From Octopus vulgaris (Eukaryota): a DNA stretch of 64,000 bases. This document shows positions 1 through 13,319 of this stretch, piece after piece (the first letter of the stretch is position 1; the number at the start of each line of letters is the position of its first letter). The position numbers and the translations under genes were made by a program. The DNA lies in assembly GCA_951406725.2 (NCBI GenBank), contig OX597816.1, forward strand, positions 162,564,001 to 162,628,000, in the 5' to 3' direction. The notes beneath the pieces were generated by a model, which did no database searches, had not been told where the DNA came from, and was given only the letters and a program-made list of their open reading frames with translations.

Positions 1-42
1 GTTTGCCTGCGTGTCCGATTGACTGTCTGTCAGTCTATTCAC

Positions 43-87
<45 letters not shown>

Positions 88-616
88 TCTCCCTCTCTCT
101 CTCTATCTCTCTCTCCCTCGATTTCTCTTTCTCTCTCTCGCTCTGTTTTCCTAAGTACTTTTCAACTACGTTCTACTTACAATTTTGCAGTCCGTCTTCC
201 TAAAATACCATCGGTTATCGAGAAGGTCTCTGAGTCTGAAGAACACGATTACAAGTACAAGACTATTTTGGTAATGGTGGGGGGTGGAGGAAGACTTATC
301 GTACTTGATTAATTCCGATTCCACTTGATATTATACGGATATTTGGTCTCGGAAACATCAACCGTCGAACAAAATACGCAAATCCTCAGGTGTCTGTTGT
401 CCACACGCACTGCTCTGCTCCGCTTCGCTTCTATCCTGTCCTCTCCACCAACACTGACGATACTGCGACCTCAATATATACCAATATATACGGAATGCGG
501 TGCTCCAGCATGGCCGCAGTCAAATGACTTAAACACGTAAAAGCGTACATGTATATATATATATATAGGCGGTGCTCCAGTATGGCCGCAGTCAAATGAC
601 TTAAACACGTAAAAGC

Positions 617-661
<45 letters not shown>

Positions 662-664
<3 letters not shown>

Positions 665-875
665 GCTTTTATGAGTTTAAGTCATTTGACTGCGGCCATG
701 CTGGAGCACCGCCTTTAGTCGAGCAAATCGACCCCAGAGCTTGTTCTTTGTATGGCTAATACTTACTCTATCGTTCTGTTTTGCCGAACTGCTAAGTAAC
801 GGGAACGTTAATACACCAGCATAGGTTGTCAAGTGATGTTGTGGTGGGGGGCACTCAAACACATACACATACATA
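662..875 (-). mobile_element. SINE family A, 3' half
   Basis: Reverse complement of the family A tail (gtcatttgactgcggccatgctggagcaccgcctttagtcgagcaaatcgacccc...). Two more tail fragments lie on + at about 497-550 and 568-620. Confidence 0.85.
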
Positions 876-904
876 ACATAAATATACATATATATATACA
901 TATA

Positions 905-1006
<102 letters not shown>

Positions 1007-1179
1007 CATATACGACGCTTCTTCCAGACAGACATATTTATATATATATATTAATATATATATATATTTATACATATAGGTATGTGGTTAAGAAGCGAGC
1101 TCTACAATCGAGTGGTTTCGGGTTCAACTCCACGGCGCGTCAAATATAGCGCCGTGCCGACCGTTGTATATATATATAT

Positions 1180-1228
<49 letters not shown>

Positions 1229-1289
1229 GTTTCGACCAAAGATTGCTCCAGGTCATGTCTAATTTAATAGCACCATCTGATAAGATTAT

Positions 1290-1715
1290 TTAAGTCAAAT
1301 TTTGTTGTATCATGGTCCATTCGAGTAGGCAGTTCTTGTTGAGTGAGTTGTATCCAGGTATAGGTGGCTTATCTGGTATTCCTTGAAGAAATTTGTCCAG
1401 ATTCCGTTTAAAGGTGATGGGATCCTTTTCCTTTTTGATCTGTTTCGGGGAAATGTTAAACGGAGCAGGACCTGTTGGGGAAGAGAAATTGTGTTGCTGT
1501 GGGTTTATGTGTTGTGATCCTGAATTGGGTAGGAGGCGTGTGGACCGTGGTCCTAGCCTTGGAGGAATTTTGAAAATAATGCTGAGGTCATTTGAGCAAT
1601 GCTGGTGGCATATTCTCCACATCGAGCAATTGATGCATCGCTCACGATGGCGCTGGAGAGAATAGAGTTTCAATGCTTTAAGGTGGTCCCAATAATCAAG
1701 ATCAGTCATGCCCTT
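1290..1715 (-). mobile_element. CR1-clade LINE, 3' fragment (ORF2 C-terminus)
   Basis: Translation DYWDHLKALKLYSLQRHRER...FKRNLDKFLQGIPDKP resembles the C-terminus of the CR1-like ORF at 49185-50411 (SYWERLKRLKLYSLERRRER...FKMKLDLFLSGIPDEP). Confidence 0.85.
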
Positions 1716-1897
1716 AATTCATTTTGGGGTTAATTTGATAGGTAAGATTGTGGGCCCAATCGGATGCGCAAGGAGCCATGTTAGCGTTCTGTGGGTTTGA
1801 TTTTGGCCTGGGTTAGCTCATTATTTTTCAGTCAATTATTTAGATAAATGTCGCTTTAAATCAGAGTATATATAATATATGATATATTATCATATAG

Positions 1898-1956
<59 letters not shown>

Positions 1957-1978
1957 TATCTCTCAATTTATATGTTTA

Positions 1979-2041
<63 letters not shown>

Positions 2042-2046
2042 ATATA

Positions 2047-2114
<68 letters not shown>

Positions 2115-2295
2115 AACTGCATATGCATAGTACTATACATCGATAGTAATGCATTAAGAATGACGAGTATAATGAACTCACAAACCATGTTGAGTATTCT
2201 TAATATTTTCTTTACAATTTGCAATCAATAACTTCCATGCACGTATATATGTAATACTTATGTTTGTGTGTGTAATGTATTTGTATGAATACACA

Positions 2296-2340
<45 letters not shown>

Positions 2341-2344
<4 letters not shown>

Positions 2345-2630
2345 TGGTGTACGTATATATATATGTATTAATGCATTTCAATTTATATATGTGCATATAT
2401 ATTTTTATATTTATAGTCACCTACATAGATATATCTATATACACACCAACACACTACCACACACACACACACATACACACGCACGCACACACATATAGAT
2501 ATTGGTGTACGTATATATATATGTATTAATGCATTTCAATTTATATATGTGCATATATATTTTTATATTTATAGTCACCTACATAGATATATCTATATAC
2601 ACACCAACTCACTACCACACACACACACAT
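2341..2630. repeat. Local tandem duplication, period about 158 bp
   Basis: atattggtgtacgtatatatatatgtattaatgcatttcaattt...cacaccaac(a/t)cactaccac occurs near 2341 and near 2499. Confidence 0.9.
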
Positions 2631-3224
2631 ACACACGCACACACACACACACATACACACGCACACACACACAAACACACACACACACGGTTATTGATCG
2701 ATTAATTGTTTGATTGATAGATAGATGGATAGTTTGTGACAGACGGTCGGAATAGCACCACATAGGTAGGCATTAGTGTCTGGCTGGAATTCTGCGAGGA
2801 ACTCCTCAAAAAGAAACATACATGCATTCAAACATACCTACGCTCATACATGCATACGCGTGTGCATACTTATATACATGCACACACGCGCGCGCGCATA
2901 CAGAGACATATATACAAACAGGCACATGTACATATATAAAAATTGACGAATACTATCACAGACATACATACATTTATACACATACACATACACACACATA
3001 TGTATATGTTTATATATATATATATGTGCGTACTGGTATACATTGATATATATTTTCACGAACATACACATATTGATGAATACATACATTTATAAATACA
3101 CAGACTCACACAGACACTCAGACACACACATATGTGAGTGCGTGCGTGTGTGTATTGATGCAGACTTTCCCGGTGACATACGTACATATATCCATGCGCA
3201 CATTTATGTGTGTATGTATGTGTG

Positions 3225-3256
<32 letters not shown>

Positions 3257-3338
3257 TTTACACACATATTAAGACATGCATACAAACCGTCAAACATGCT
3301 TATATATCTACATATATAAAATAGCTATGTATACATAC

Positions 3339-3383
<45 letters not shown>

Positions 3384-3929
3384 TATATATATATATACTA
3401 TATATATATATATGGTCAACAATTTATACATACACACAAGCAATCCTAAACACACACACAAACATATATATATATGCAATTATGTACGACGGTATATTTA
3501 TATATATATCGTCATACATAATTGTATAAATACGTTCTTGCATGTACACGTCCTTATAGACATGTATACATTCATATATACATACATACTTACATACATA
3601 GATGCATGCATTCAATTACGCGTACACATGATGCTGTCTGCATATGTCATCTCGATAATATGAGATGACATCACATGATGTCGTACCCAAAACATTAAAC
3701 AACGTAATGTAGAGAAAGGATAATTCTTTCAATAAAAAAAGGGACATTAGATGTTACGACGATGTGGTTAGCATATTCAGATACAATATACATGAGTATT
3801 GGTGGAGTATTCCTGTCAAAACTTCAGTCAAATATAGATGTAATAGACCAGATATAGTGGTTTAAGAAGGGGGAAGGAAATGAGATCTTCAGAGATGTGA
3901 AAATCTTTTGCTCAGCAGTTTTTTTCTTT

Positions 3930-4135
3930 TTATTTGTTAGGTCACGACCCTGCCGCCATGCTGGATCAATGCCTTGAAGATTTTTTAGTCGAACGAATCG
4001 ACCCTAGTACTTGTTTTTATTTTAAAGTGTAGTACTTATTTTATCGTTTTCTTTTGCCGAACTGCTATTTACCGGGACCTAAACACAACAAAGCCGGTTG
4101 CCAAGCGGTGGTCGGAGAACAAACACTGACACACA
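3930..4135 (-). mobile_element. SINE family A, diverged 3' half
   Basis: gccatgctgg...ttagtcgaacgaatcgaccctagtact...cttttgccgaactgct matches the family A tail. Confidence 0.7.
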
Positions 4136-4516
4136 CTCATACACACACACGCATACGCACGCACATACTCATATACATAAGGTAAAAAATTATTAACAAT
4201 CAAAGGTGCTTCAAGTGGCACCAGTACGATAAAAATAACAGCCAGAAGACGACTACAGCAACGAATTTTCCCTGATGCACATTAATTGAAATCGGGGGGA
4301 ATGAGAAGAAATTCTAAGCCCCGTACCAATAACGAAAAGAATCCCTTGATGACTATGTAACCTTTCATTTCTTCGTGTGTTGAAGCATATTCTGTTGTGT
4401 CTGGGGAGAGTCATTTTCTTTTTGTGCCCTATAATTTAATACACTCACCGGTAAAATTTCCACTTATTCCTTATTTTTAAATAAGGAATAAGCAGAAATT
4501 TTACCGGTGAGTATTT

Positions 4517-4909
4517 TGTTTCGCTTGTTTCAGTTATTTGACTGCGGCCATGCTGGAGCACCGCCTTTAGTCGAGCAAATCGACCCCGGGACTTATTCTT
4601 TGTAAGCCCAGTACTTATTCTATCGGTCTCTTTTGCCGAACCGCTAAGTGACGGGGACGTAAACACACCAGCATCGGTTGTCAAGCAATGCTAGGGGGAC
4701 AAACACAGACACACAAACACACACACATATATATATACATATATACGACAGGCTTCTTTCAGTTTCCGTCTACCAAATCCACTCACAAGGCACTGGTCGG
4801 CCCGGGGCTATAGCAGAAGACACTTGCCCAAGATGCCACGCAGTGGGACTGAACCCAGAACCATGTGGTTGGTTAGCAAGCTACTTACCACACAGCCACT
4901 CCTGCGCCT
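4517..4909 (-). mobile_element. SINE family A, full length (tRNA-derived head)
   Basis: Near-identical to the copies at 10202, 21031 and 34647. Head has A-box-like tggctgtgtgg and B-box-like ggttcagtccc. Inserted into the right arm of a palindrome. Confidence 0.92.
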
Positions 4910-5324
4910 GTGTTAATTTATAAGGCAAAAAAAAAGAAAATGACTCTCCCCAGACACAACAGAATGTGCAGAATATCTTTTATACCAAGACACAGATTAA
5001 ACTGTTGGAAAAGATGAAATACAAACAAAGAGTTTAGTCGAACAAATCGTACTTAATACTTATTCTATAGAGGTCGGTAAGCTGGCAGAACCGTCAGCAC
5101 GCCGGACGAACTTCTTACCTGTATTTCGTCTTTTTCACGTAACTTTAGATGCCAAGAACCTCCCTAAGTATCCTAGCAGTTTCCAAATAACACTGTTTTC
5201 TGGAGTTGTACTAAATTAGGATTTATGCTTATTTCCTCTATCCATCTGTTCAAATCTTTAGAAATATTTCCTAATGCACCTATAACTACAAGGAAACTTT
5301 TTACTCGTACTTTCTATAGCCTCT

Positions 5325-5359
5325 GTTATTATTATTACTGTTATTATTATTATTATTAA

Positions 5360-5398
<39 letters not shown>

Positions 5399-5413
5399 CA
5401 TTATTATTATTAC

Positions 5414-5477
<64 letters not shown>
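5325..5477. repeat. (ATT)n microsatellite
   Basis: Direct inspection. Confidence 0.95.
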
Positions 5478-5478
<1 letters not shown>

Positions 5479-5575
5479 GTAAGTTTGTAATATATAATAA
5501 AATGCTAGCAAGAAGGATTGAAAAATGAATTTGAGAATGAAGAGGAAAACATGAAAGATAAAATAGAGAGAAAGG

Positions 5576-5610
<35 letters not shown>

Positions 5611-6261
5611 GGCAGAGAAAGAGAGGACAGAGAAAGACAGAGAGAGGTGTAGAATGTGGATTAGAAATAGTGAGAAGCAGACGAAGAGCAATAATGTTTA
5701 TATCGACATGCAATATCTTACAGGCTACAATTTTCAATAGCATTTTATGTTTCATAATATGTCACAAGTTGCTATTAAAGATCATGTTTAGATTACGCAA
5801 TATCACACATGTTTTATACGACGATATTTACAATTCACATTATGATACAGGTTGTAATATGCAATATTACATTTCATAATATGATAGAAATTGTTGTATT
5901 TTAGCGCGTTATTTTACATCATTTCATAATTCGGTAGAGTTTCGTTTTACAGCAATATATTCAGTTTACACAGTTTTATAGAACACAATTTACAGCAATA
6001 GTTTACATTGCTTCATCGCATAGTACACAATACTGTAGTTTACAATAATATTTACCGCACATTACACGGTAGAAGTTTGTACAATAGTAAACGATATAAC
6101 GGTGCAATTATGAGAAATAGAGCATTGTACGACATAGAACAAAACAGTGTAGTTCTTTTATTGTTTGTCTTTTACTTGTTTCAATCATTGGATTGCAGCC
6201 ATGCGGGAGCATCTCTTTGTAGAGTTTAGTCGAACAAATCGTACTTAATACTTATTCTATC

Positions 6262-6910
6262 GAGGGCGGTGAGCTGGCAGAACCGTCATCACGCCGGGCA
6301 AACTTCTTACCGGTATTTCGTCTTTCTTCATGTTCTGAGTTCAAATTCCACCGAGGTCGACTTTGCTTTTCATCCTTTCGGGGTGGATTAAATAAGTACA
6401 AGTTACGCACGGGGGTCGATGTAATCGACTTAATCCCATTGTCTGTCCTTGTTTATCCCCTCTGTGTTTAGCCCCTTGTGGGTTGTAAAGAAATAGGTAT
6501 TTCGTCTGTCTTCATGTTCTGAGTTCAAATTCCACCGAGGTCGAATTTGCCTTTTATCATTTCGGGGTCGATATATTAAGTAGCAGTTACGCACTGGAGT
6601 CGATCTAATCGACTGGCCCTCCCTCCCAAAATTTTCGGACCATGAATCTAGAGTAAAAAAATACTTATTCTTATTTCTTTTTTATTTCTTATTTCTTTAT
6701 TGCCCACAAGGGGCTAAACATAGAGGGGACAAAGGGATTAAGTCGATTACATCAACCCCAGTACATAACTGCTACTTAATTTATCGACCCTGAGAGGATG
6801 AAAAGCAAAGTCGACTTCGGCGGAATTTGAACTCAGAAGGTAACGGCAGACGAAATACTGTTAAGCATTTCGCCCGGCGTGCTAACGTTTCTGGCAGCCC
6901 ACCGCCTTCA
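6262..6910. mobile_element. Cluster of SINE family B copies (two on +, one on -) nested in a family A remnant
   Basis: Repeated gttctgagttcaaattccaccgaggtcgactttgc(c/t)tttcatcctttcgggg core, resembling the Deu/Nin SINE domain. Flanked by a tattctatcg duplication at 6253-6262 and 6911-6920. Confidence 0.8.
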
Positions 6911-7030
6911 TATTCTATCGGCCGCTTCTATCGAACTTGGGAATTTAAACAAACGAACACCGGATGTCAAGCGGCGGGGAGAAAGACAAAGATACACATG
7001 CATCTCAAGCCCAAACACGCGTGCTCGGAC

Positions 7031-7088
<58 letters not shown>

Positions 7089-7260
7089 ACACACACACAC
7101 ACACGCCTGTACAAAAAGATACCGAAATACGCACAAGTTTGCAGATAGACAGCGAAGGAGAGAGGAAAGAAAGAGTGGGTAACCAGATATGTCATAGCAC
7201 TCAGGGACTCAGTAATACGTTCTGAGTTCAAATTTGCCTTTCCTCCTCTGTGTGTGTGGG

Positions 7261-7299
<39 letters not shown>

Positions 7300-7340
7300 C
7301 AATAAATGGTGGGGTTGTGTTGATCGCACGTGGAGAAATG

Positions 7341-7600
7341 ATAGGCAAGGAAAAATTATAAAAAGGCAGAATGCTAAATTGAAGGTAAATTTTAATGAAA
7401 ATGGGTGTATGGAAAATTTTGAAAAATTTTTTAAAATATTTCTTTTCACCTTACCATTCTTGAAAAGTCGCAGTGCAACGAAAACCGATTTGAATTAACA
7501 TATATATATTTTTTTTATTCTTTAAAATTTTCCATACACCCATTTTCATTAAAATTTACCTTCAATTCATTCTGCCTTTTTATAATTTTTCCTTGCCTAT
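7341..7600. mobile_element. Inverted-repeat element (MITE-like), arms about 80 bp
   Basis: 7341-7420 (ataggcaaggaaaaattataaaaaggcagaatg...gtatggaaaatttt) is the reverse complement of 7524-7600. Confidence 0.75.
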
Positions 7601-7632
7601 ATATATATATTAGATATTAGCCGGTGTTTTTC

Positions 7633-7669
7633 AAGCGATGAATAGCTTTGCGTAAACCATGGTTCGCTT
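7633..7669 (+). ncRNA. Minimal type-I hammerhead-like motif with variant core AUGAAUA
   Basis: aagcg-ATGAATA-gc-ttt-gc-G(t)AAA-ccatgg-TT-cgctt: 5-bp stem I, 2-bp stem II, palindromic stem III. One extra T interrupts GAAA. Confidence 0.55.
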
Positions 7670-7883
7670 TGTTCTCTTACTTTATTATCATTTTATAATC
7701 ATCTCCTAATAATGACTTTTATGACTCTTATTACTACCTCAGTCAATCTAAATGTATACATTTGTCGTTACCTGTCATAATCTTTTTTTTATTTGCAATG
7801 TGCATTTTCGTTGATTTTTCATATTTTACCCTAACATTTCCCCGTGTATTTTATATTTTCTTGTAACATATTTCTACTATATA

Positions 7884-7949
<66 letters not shown>

Positions 7950-8405
7950 GAAAGCTGCGGGTGAGAATGTGTACGTTTCAAGTGAGGGTAGATGAGTGTA
8001 CGTGGGCGTGCGGGCTCGCATGTATTGGTATAGACATGTGCGCTTACGCGAATACTATGAACTTCTTTACATCCTTACTTTTACTCCCTCCCCCCACTTA
8101 GCGGTCATCCAGATAGCTCTTTTGTCTTAATATCGGTCAATCGCACAGTAATTTCCCTTTGTATAACGGTCATTTTCATAACATTTTTTCCGATGCGCAG
8201 ATAACTGAAGAGATGGTGGACTGTGGTAAGAAGTTTGTTTCCGAACACATTGATTTCAGGTTCAGTTCCACTACGTGGAACCTTTGGCACGTTTCAAAAC
8301 GAAGGAATAAAGTTAGGCTGGCAGTAGAGACGATGAAGGTGTTGATAATGGCGGTTGTGGTCATGACAATGGTGACGACGACAGCTATTTAGGGAAATAA
8401 TAAGC

Positions 8406-8444
<39 letters not shown>

Positions 8445-8858
8445 ATACATTTAAATTGTTGCCGGATTTACGGTATTTTGCAGTTGGTGCCTCACAGGAG
8501 GAAGTTAAAACATCAGGTCACACTGAACTTTGGAACCTTAAGGGTTATTTTATCGCTTGACATGAAATTAATGCAATTCTAATCTTAACTAGTTTGATAG
8601 AGCGCACATTTTTGATGCTTAAATAGCTGATAGTCTGTTTTTCTCTCTTTTAGCCTTATTCGCGTTTTATTACTGCCAATAGGAATAATTTAATTTGTTT
8701 TCTTCTTCTTCTTCTTCTTCTTCTTCTTCTTCTCATCCTCCTCCTCCTCCTCTTCTCCCCCTCTTCCTCCTCCTCTCTGAACTTTGGTAATTTCTTTTAG
8801 TCTTTGAAGATTCCGGAGAAAAATTTTTTTTAAAGAAATTCGTTACTTTCTTTATAAA

Positions 8859-8919
<61 letters not shown>

Positions 8920-9090
8920 GATTATCCGGAATGACATTCTATATTAAAGATTAATTGCTAATCTCACTGAATAGTTTTTCAATGTAAATTACACATCATG
9001 TGTAAGAGTGTGTGTGTGTGTGTGTGTGTGTGCGTGTGTTGTGTGTATATATATATATATATACGTGTGTGGGGGTGTACACTTACATTC

Positions 9091-9139
<49 letters not shown>

Positions 9140-9425
9140 GTAAATATATGTATACACAAATACATACATGTATGCATACATCCATATATATATATACATA
9201 CATAATGCTGTGTGTTGAAATCGTGCTTGCAAATATACAAGTGTGAATTTAAAATACAACAAAATTCTAAATTCGATGTTTGATGAGTGGGTGAGACTTT
9301 TCTCGTGTTAAATTCACCATGTTCTTTTTCTCATTACTTTCGTTTGAAATTTGTGAATGTTTCTATTTTTACTTCTCTTTCTCCCACCTCTCTCTGTCTT
9401 TCTGTATATGTATCTATTTCTCAAG

Positions 9426-9475
<50 letters not shown>

Positions 9476-9589
9476 ATCTCTTTCACCGCCTCAGTATCTA
9501 TCTCTCATGTCGCTATTTCTTCCACTATCTCTCAGAATGTGCTTCATTACTGCTTCTTATTTATATCATGTATGTATGTATGCCTCTAT

Positions 9590-10147
9590 TCAGCTTATTT
9601 CAAGATTTCTTGCCAATAGAGAAAGAGCCGGTTTCTAACCTAAATCCAAGCCTTCATCATTGTATGTATGCATGTGTGTATGTGTGTGTATGTTTGCATG
9701 TATGTATGTATGTATGTATGTGCAGATTTGTACGTTTTGTTTTATGCATGTATTCTCATGCATATAGTTGCATATCTAGACATGCTCATATATATTTAAA
9801 TGATAAACTTCTGGAAAATTTTACTGATTTTTACAGTTCCAATAATAGATTGGATCTGTAGTCTTCGAATCAATTTTCGCCTTTCTGATGTTAAGAATCC
9901 TAATTTCTAAAGATTGGTATTTAGGCAATGTGTCACACATCCCATGGCCCCAATAATTACAGGTATAAACATGAACTTGTAAACTAGATCGAGTAACTGT
10001 AAATTTCTCAAATGTTCAGCGTAGGTATTCCCTTTTTCACTGATCTTCAACTTTATGTTAACATCTGCTGGGCAGCTAATTTCCACAACTGTACATAGTT
10101 TCTCTTCTCTATCTCAAATCATTTTATCAGGTCCATTGTGCTTACGT
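9590..10147 (-). mobile_element. R4/Dong-like non-LTR element, 3' fragment with restriction-like endonuclease domain
   Basis: Manual translation of 10147-9796: KHNGPDKMI*DREEKLCTVVEISCPAD...EKGNTYAE...FIPVIIGAMG...IIGTVKI, with PD..E, K..Y and PVIIGA.G motifs and in-frame stops. Confidence 0.8.
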
Positions 10148-10201
10148 TTTATTGAAGTATGTATTATGTATGCATGTATGTGTGTATATACGTACATATA
10201 T

Positions 10202-10620
10202 AGGCGCAGGAGTGGCTGTGTGGTAAGTAGCTTGCTAACCAACCACATGGTTCCGGGTTCAGTCCCACTGCGTGGCATCTTGGACAAGTGTCTTCTGCTA
10301 TAGCCCCGGGCCGACCAATGCCTTGTGAGTGGATTTGGTAGGCGGAAACTGAAAGAAGCCTGTCGTATATATGTATATATATATATGTGTGTGTGTATGT
10401 GTTTGTGTGTCTGTGTTTGTCCCCCTAGCATTGCTTGACAACCGATGCTGGTGTGTTTATGTCTCCGTTACTTAGCGGTTCGGCAAAAGAGACCGATAGA
10501 ATAAGTACTCGGCTTACAAAAAGAATAAGTCCCGGGGTCGAGTTGCTCGACTAAAGGCGGTGCTCCAGCATGGCCGCAGTCAAATGACTGAAATAAGTAA
10601 AAGAGTAAAAGAGTAAAAAG
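10202..10620 (+). mobile_element. SINE family A, full length
   Basis: aggcgcaggagtggctgtgtggtaag head, central (TA)/(TG) tract, ggcggtgctccagcatggccgcagtcaaatgactgaaa tail and (gtaaaaga)n end. Confidence 0.93.
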
Positions 10621-10769
10621 ATATATATATATAACGTCAATCGTCACATCAAAGTGACTGTTCTGCGGTTCTGCTAGTTTAACCCCAGGCAGATCTTCCG
10701 CTAGCTGGTTATCGGCGTAACTCTTCACCCTTTATATACAATATATATTTCTAGCAGTGTGAACGAACA

Positions 10770-11615
10770 CCTACCATCCTCTAGCAGACAACAGGATCGC
10801 GAGACAGTTTCATGCTGACTGCCACATCTTTAGTCACGAGCATCTGTTCACCCGAACGATAGTCAGAGTCTGCTCCAGCCAGCAATATATTGTAAACAAA
10901 GCGATCATCGGTTACTGATTTGCAACAAGCAAAATAGCTAGTTGTAAAATCTCAAGAACACACTTTTGCCATACAGGAGCTCTTTTGGGATCCTTCTGTT
11001 CGGTGTGCGATGTGTATGACCAAGCCAGCACAGACGATTCTGCTGGGGCAGGGTGACTGTTCTGGGTATCTTGTCTCGGTAGAGGACTTCGCAGTTGGTG
11101 ATGTGGTCGATCCACTTGATATCCAAGATGCGTCTCAAATTACGAAGGTGAAAGATGTTGAGACACTGCTCTGTCTGGAGTAGAGGCTCCATGTCTCACT
11201 GCTGTAAGGTAGCGTACTAAAGACACACGCCTTATACAAGGCGTACTAAGGACACACGCCTTTGCAGCCATTTTTTTTTTGTTTGTTTTCCCAGACTGGC
11301 AAGTGCGGAAGTTTGCCTGTTGATCTCAGGGTCCGGGAGAGGTCATCAGCAATGTCAGAGCTGGAGCAGGTGAATTCGTGGACTACCTGCAGCTTATAGT
11401 TGTTGATAATAATGGTGGGGGGAGTGCTTGGCAGCTTGGCCCATTGCTTTGGTCTTGTTCAGACTGATAGACTCAATTCCTGATAGACTTTGAAAGTTTG
11501 TCGACGAAGTGCTGCATTTGCTCTTCAGCGTGCACTATCAGTGCTGCGTCATCCGCGAACAGCATTTTTCTGACGAGTACCTGGCGCACCCTAGATTTTA
11601 GCCTCAATAGACTAA
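10770..11615 (-). mobile_element. RTE-clade LINE fragment (RT C-terminal part), degenerate
   Basis: Frameshifted motifs LFADDAAL, YKACVFSTL.YSSETW, FHLRNLRRILDIKW.DHITNCEVL, RLCWLGH and RIPKELLYG. Confidence 0.85.
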
Positions 11616-11618
11616 ACA

Positions 11619-11674
<56 letters not shown>

Positions 11675-12764
11675 CGGGTTTCTTTTACCTTCCATCTACT
11701 AAATCCATTTACAATGCTTTGGTAGACTCCAGGCTGTTGTAGAAGACACTTGCCTCAGGTGCCACATAGCGGGTGGGAACCCGGAACGATGTGGTTGGGA
11801 AGCAAACTTCTTACCACACAACCACGCGAGACGATTAAAATGTCTATTTTTTTCTCTGTGAGACAGAAAATACATTAACATCGCTAGACGAATCTATATA
11901 AAATACAAATACACCATATAAGTTACAAATTGACTGAACGGTTCGAGTTTCGGATTGTATCCGTCATGCTATTTGTTCAAACTCTCCGTTGTTTGAGTTC
12001 AAATAACGCCGAGGTCAGTTTTGCCTTTCATCCTTTCGGCAGTTAGTAACAAAGCATCAAACCAAGTAAGTGGTTTGGCAGAGCTGTAAGAACGAGAGAG
12101 CAGGTAACCTGTGGTAATTGTTTCAAGTGAATGTTCAAATTACTATTCGTTCTAAAGGCTGTTTCTGTTGCTTATAGCTAAATTAATACATAACCCACCA
12201 GCTTCTGACGACATCATTGACTATTTCGTCAGAATTAAAATATGTAGGTTTGACGGATTTTCGATCTCGTATTTGGGGTTTGGGTATCTGTTGCTGAAGA
12301 TTTGCAATTTATGCTGAAATCATGTGAAACCTAGCCCCATTTACCGGTGCTGACGAATATTTGTCTGCCGATATAATTTTTGCTGTTTAGCGCTCAACGT
12401 CTATACGAAGTGATTTTTTTTCCCGACCATTACCGCAGTTCACGGCGTTTCTGACAACACATCCAAGTAAGGTTGGATGCGCAAATTCATATTTGTTATA
12501 AAGGCTTCTCCTGTCACTAACGGCTAATTCAAATGATTGAGCTTTTAGTTCAAATCTCGCCCTGGCCTCCTAGTGTGGTAGACTTAATTCATCGCCCAAT
12601 TTAACACGACAGCCTGTTACTTAGCTTGGATGTCACCCTGCTGCTAAGATTCAGGTCAGGTCTTTAATTTTGAAGATACCGTCTAACCCACCACCTACCA
12701 GTCTTGGAGGTACTGTAAAAGGTCATGAGTACCGCTTACCCTTCTGTGAATAAGATAATGAATA

Positions 12765-12827
<63 letters not shown>

Positions 12828-13319
12828 ACACACACACAAGTATATAGTTTCGCATGTATCTAATTTTATATCTTACCTCTTAAGGATTTGAGCACAAAAT
12901 CATTTTACGGTAAGACTAACCGTAGCCATGTTACAATTGATATACTGTGACGACGCCAGCAGAAATTACTTAGATTAATAAATGGAAGCCGCTAAATTGG
13001 TAAAAGCCAGATGGTAGAGAGAGAGAAGGGGAGAGAGAGAGATGACCGTGAAAGAAAAAATAGACAAAACAGTGAGAGAAATGGTTAAAGCAATAGAGAT
13101 GATATGACATAGTAAAGGGGTAGAAAAGAATAGGGAGAAACTGGGTGGGTAAAGGGTGCTATAAAAACAGCAAAATTATATACATGACTACAAATCTAAA
13201 ATCATGAGTTCAATCTTAACGCAGTCTTTCGATATTATTTTTCTGTGCAGAATTTTTAATCTAAAATTAATTCTGTATATCTCTCGAGTAGACATAATGT
13301 TTCAAATTTTGGCACAAGT

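Noticed and set aside
10114-10431. Recurrent peptide SFSFRLPNPLTR...[24 protein letters not shown]
   Set aside because: Antisense translation of SINE A, not a gene family.
12180-12750. Possible decayed LINE endonuclease region on the minus strand
   Set aside because: Only vague similarity with many stops; not supportable by eye.
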